The translations under genes and the position numbers were made by a program. From an uncultured virus (IMG/VR IMGVR_UViG_3300028571_000887) (lineage: Duplodnaviria; Heunggongvirae; Uroviricota; Caudoviricetes): a DNA stretch of 64,000 nt. The stretch lies in IMG/VR virus record IMGVR_UViG_3300028571_000887; one strand, given 5' to 3'. Shown one piece after another: positions 63,666 through 64,000 of the stretch (position 1 is its first letter; every line of letters starts with the position of its first letter). The notes under the pieces are model-generated. The model saw only the letters and a list, made by a program, of their open reading frames with translations. It did not search any database and had not been told where the DNA came from.

Positions 63666-64000
63666 ATGAAACTACACGATATAGCATTAAAACATGAACT
63701 TGCTCACATTGGAGATAAAGCAACATATCATCAATACATGCATTTTTATGAAAAGCATCTTGATCCAGAAAATATATCTAGATTTTTAGAAATAGGTATA
63801 GCTTATGGCGCATCAATACGAACATGGCGAGAGTGGCTTCCTGAAAAAGTTATTGTTGAAGGGTGGGACATAAATCCAGCGCAAGATATTGAAGGCTGTG
63901 ACTTAAGAGTTGTGGATCAATTAGATACCCAAGCCATGCTTGATAACATAACTGGAACTTATGATGTGATATTAGATGATGGCGGCCACACTGCTGACAT
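63666..64000 (+). CDS. Class I SAM-dependent methyltransferase (sugar O-methyltransferase-like), 3'-truncated by window edge
   Basis: Manual translation: DKATYHQYMHFYE, FLEIGIAYGASIRTW, GWDIN, VDQ, YDVILDDGGH. Confidence 0.8.
   Translation, partial: MKLHDIALKHELAHIGDKATYHQYMHFYEKHLDPENISRFLEIGIAYGASIRTWREWLPEKVIVEGWDINPAQDIEGCDLRVVDQLDTQAMLDNITGTYDVILDDGGHTAD

Noticed and set aside
1..64000. Alternative genetic code or tRNA genes
   Set aside because: Very long ORFs are intact in the standard code and TAA, TAG and TGA all end genes. I saw no tRNA cloverleaf by eye; tRNAscan-SE was not run.

Overview
This 64-kb window is part of a large, AT-rich tailed phage (siphovirus-type: long tape measure gene, no sheath gene seen). 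A WhiB gene points to an actinobacterial host. Order: (i) a GC-rich island at 1-2210 with a six-repeat beta-propeller-like protein, ending in two abutting gene remnants; (ii) a LamG-like virion protein, a glycosyltransferase and a secreted lytic transglycosylase; (iii) a class II ribonucleotide reductase carrying three homing-endonuclease inteins, each sitting immediately before one of the three active-site cysteines; (iv) head, neck and tail genes with a nested scaffold start and a -1 frameshift chaperone; (v) a 4113-aa tape measure protein (TMP); (vi) tail-tip genes; (vii) replication and recombination genes (DnaB, DnaG, SSBs, DnaE, RecA, Cas4-like, RuvC-like), terminase and WhiB; (viii) a sugar-modification cluster running off the right end. 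The most striking feature is inside the TMP. About 1800 aa in its middle form an array of six unrelated 200-340-aa cassettes, each delimited by a repeated N-x-G-G-x-I-P-G motif and bracketed by a duplicated 78-nt module. Recognisable cassettes resemble an ADP-ribosyltransferase, a HipA/PI-kinase-like kinase, a ParB/Srx-like domain and possibly an HNH-like nuclease. This suggests a modular effector polyprotein injected with the genome. All family calls come from motif recognition by eye; no database searches were run.
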